DNA from: Nitrospirillum sp. BR 11828
GTDB lineage: Bacteria > Pseudomonadota > Alphaproteobacteria > Azospirillales > Azospirillaceae
Reading direction: 5' to 3'
Assembly: GCF_034427435.1 (NCBI RefSeq)
Contig: NZ_JAXQNP010000003.1
Location: forward strand, 458,268-482,267
DNA length: 24,000 nucleotides
How positions within the stretch are numbered: position 1 is the first letter of the stretch; each line of letters begins with the position of its first letter. The position numbers were made by a program, and so were the translations under genes. Under the pieces are notes generated by a model. It searched no databases, was not told where the DNA came from, and worked only from the letters and a program-made list of their open reading frames with translations. This document shows, in pieces, positions 22,832-24,000 of the stretch.

Positions 22832-24000
22832 ATGGAAACGGCGTTGAACGTCGTGGATTCGAAAAGAATTCCACAGATTCTATGGCTTAAGTCCGAGCAA
22901 TGGGTCGCGGGCTTGGCCAACCTGCTGATTCTCGGCGCCATCGCGGTCGCGGCGGGAAAGCCGTTCACCTACCCCCTGGACGATACCTACATACAAATGG
23001 CGATCGCCCGGACATGGGGCGACAGCGGCGTCTGGGGCATAGACCGCCTCGACCCGGCCGCGGCCTCTTCATCGCCCCTGTTCGTCCTGGTCCTGGCGGC
23101 AATCCACCTGCTGTGGGGCGCGCGGGCGGGTTTCGAGTTGGTGCCGTTGGCGATCAACGCGGCCGCCATGATCGGCTGTGTGCTGGCATGGGACGCCATC
23201 CTGGACGTCGCATCGGCGGATGACGGGACGCGATCACGGCCAAGCCCCCGTCTCCGGTCCCTCATGCGCGTCGGGATGCTGATGGCGTTGTCCGCCGCCA
23301 CACCCCTGTTCGTGACGGCCTTCATCGGCATGGAGCACACACCACAGGTGCTGGCCTACAGCCTTCTCGCCTATCACGGCGGCCGGGCGGTGGCGGACCG
23401 CGAGGCTTGCCCAGGCCGCACCATCATCCACCTGGCCATCGCCGCCTGCGCCGTCGCCGCCCTGCGGTATGAGGCCGTACTGATCATCGGGCCGCTGTGC
23501 CTGGTCGCCGTGATCAATGGCCGGCTGCGCCTGGCGGCCGCCATGGCCTTGGGCGCCGCGGTGCCCATGGCGGCGTTCGGCCTGGCCTGGGTCGCGGATG
23601 GCGGATGGCCGGTTCCGAATTCTATCCTGATGAAGCTGATGCTGCATGATCAGGACGGTCAGCATGTCATCCAGTTCTTTCCGGCGGCCTGGACCCTGTT
23701 CGGGGTCATGACCATCACCGCCGGCTTGGTCGCCCTTCGCGCCCATGGGCGTTGGTGCGACCTCGGCCTCGGCAGTCTGCGTCATGACTGGGTCCTGGTT
23801 CTCGGTGGGATCGCCCTGTGCTGCGCGGCCGCCCAGATCGTGCTGGGCATGGCGGGATGGCTTTATCGGTATGAAGCCGCCGCCATCGCCCTGAACATGC
23901 TGGCCGCCTTCGTCATCCTGCTTCAGGACCATCGCCTGCGGGTCCAAGCCCTGGTGCTGCTGGCCCTGGTCGCGGTGGCGGGCTACCGGACGGCGGATGC
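22832..24000 (+). CDS. Polytopic inner-membrane protein, 3'-truncated by the window end; possibly a GT-C-type glycosyltransferase
   Basis: This ORF is not in the supplied track because it has no stop in the window. I translated 389 codons by hand with no stop and G/C-rich third positions: METALNVVDSKRIPQILWLKSEQWVAGLANLLILGAIAVAAGKPFTYPLDDTYIQMAIARTWGDSGVWG... followed by many hydrophobic helices. An in-frame TAG lies at 22820-22822. The acidic DD motif just after TM1 resembles the first-loop motif of GT-C enzymes. The function call is weak. Confidence 0.7.
   Translation, partial: METALNVVDSKRIPQILWLKSEQWVAGLANLLILGAIAVAAGKPFTYPLDDTYIQMAIARTWGDSGVWGIDRLDPAAASSSPLFVLVLAAIHLLWGARAGFELVPLAINAAAMIGCVLAWDAILDVASADDGTRSRPSPRLRSLMRVGMLMALSAATPLFVTAFIGMEHTPQVLAYSLLAYHGGRAVADREACPGRTIIHLAIAACAVAALRYEAVLIIGPLCLVAVINGRLRLAAAMALGAAVPMAAFGLAWVADGGWPVPNSILMKLMLHDQDGQHVIQFFPAAWTLFGVMTITAGLVALRAHGRWCDLGLGSLRHDWVLVLGGIALCCAAAQIVLGMAGWLYRYEAAAIALNMLAAFVILLQDHRLRVQALVLLALVAVAGYRTAD

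Noticed and set aside
1-24000. Window-wide look for CRISPR arrays, IS elements or transposases, integrases, phage genes, toxin-antitoxin pairs, retron or DGR signatures, or known defence genes
   Set aside because: I saw no regularly spaced repeats, no terminal inverted repeats flanking an ORF, and no reverse-transcriptase, nuclease, ATPase or recombinase motifs in any frame. All long ORFs are accounted for by the features listed.

Overview
This is a high-GC bacterial chromosome segment, roughly two-thirds G+C by eye. Its gene content looks alphaproteobacterial, with a DUF1522-type flagellin, an NDUFS4-like small protein between two tRNAs, and codon third positions almost always G/C; that placement is inference only. 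I can support 17 protein-coding regions plus one frameshifted pseudogene. In order they are: the frameshifted 3' end of a hybrid two-component protein (REC-REC-HPt-like); a 998-aa autotransporter; a 117-aa unknown protein; a 621-aa flagellin with a sigma-54 promoter; tRNA-Pro(UGG); an NDUFS4-like protein; tRNA-Arg(UCU); a lower-GC stretch with a LuxR-type solo regulator and a 122-aa unknown protein; a DUF885 protein; a secreted SnoaL/NTF2-like protein; ChrA; an EamA/DMT transporter; a flavin reductase-like protein; a 68-aa membrane peptide; a TonB-dependent receptor; a DUF455 ferritin-like protein; a second, Tat-signal DUF885 protein; a GT-A-type glycosyltransferase; and the 5' part of a polytopic, possibly GT-C-like membrane protein that runs off the window. 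I found no CRISPR array, transposase, integrase, rRNA, or recognisable defence, toxin or phage module, and no convincing multi-gene novel system. The parts most worth a second look are non-coding or accessory. They are the sigma-54 flagellin control region with a long leader, the tRNA-Arg-adjacent LuxR-solo islet, two orphan terminator-bearing intergenic regions that could be leaders or sRNAs (14685-15189 and 21381-21737), the structured divergent region in front of the TonB receptor, and the glycosyltransferase pair split by an AT-rich, repeat-bearing spacer. All function calls rest on motif recognition by eye. No database search or RNA covariance model was run.
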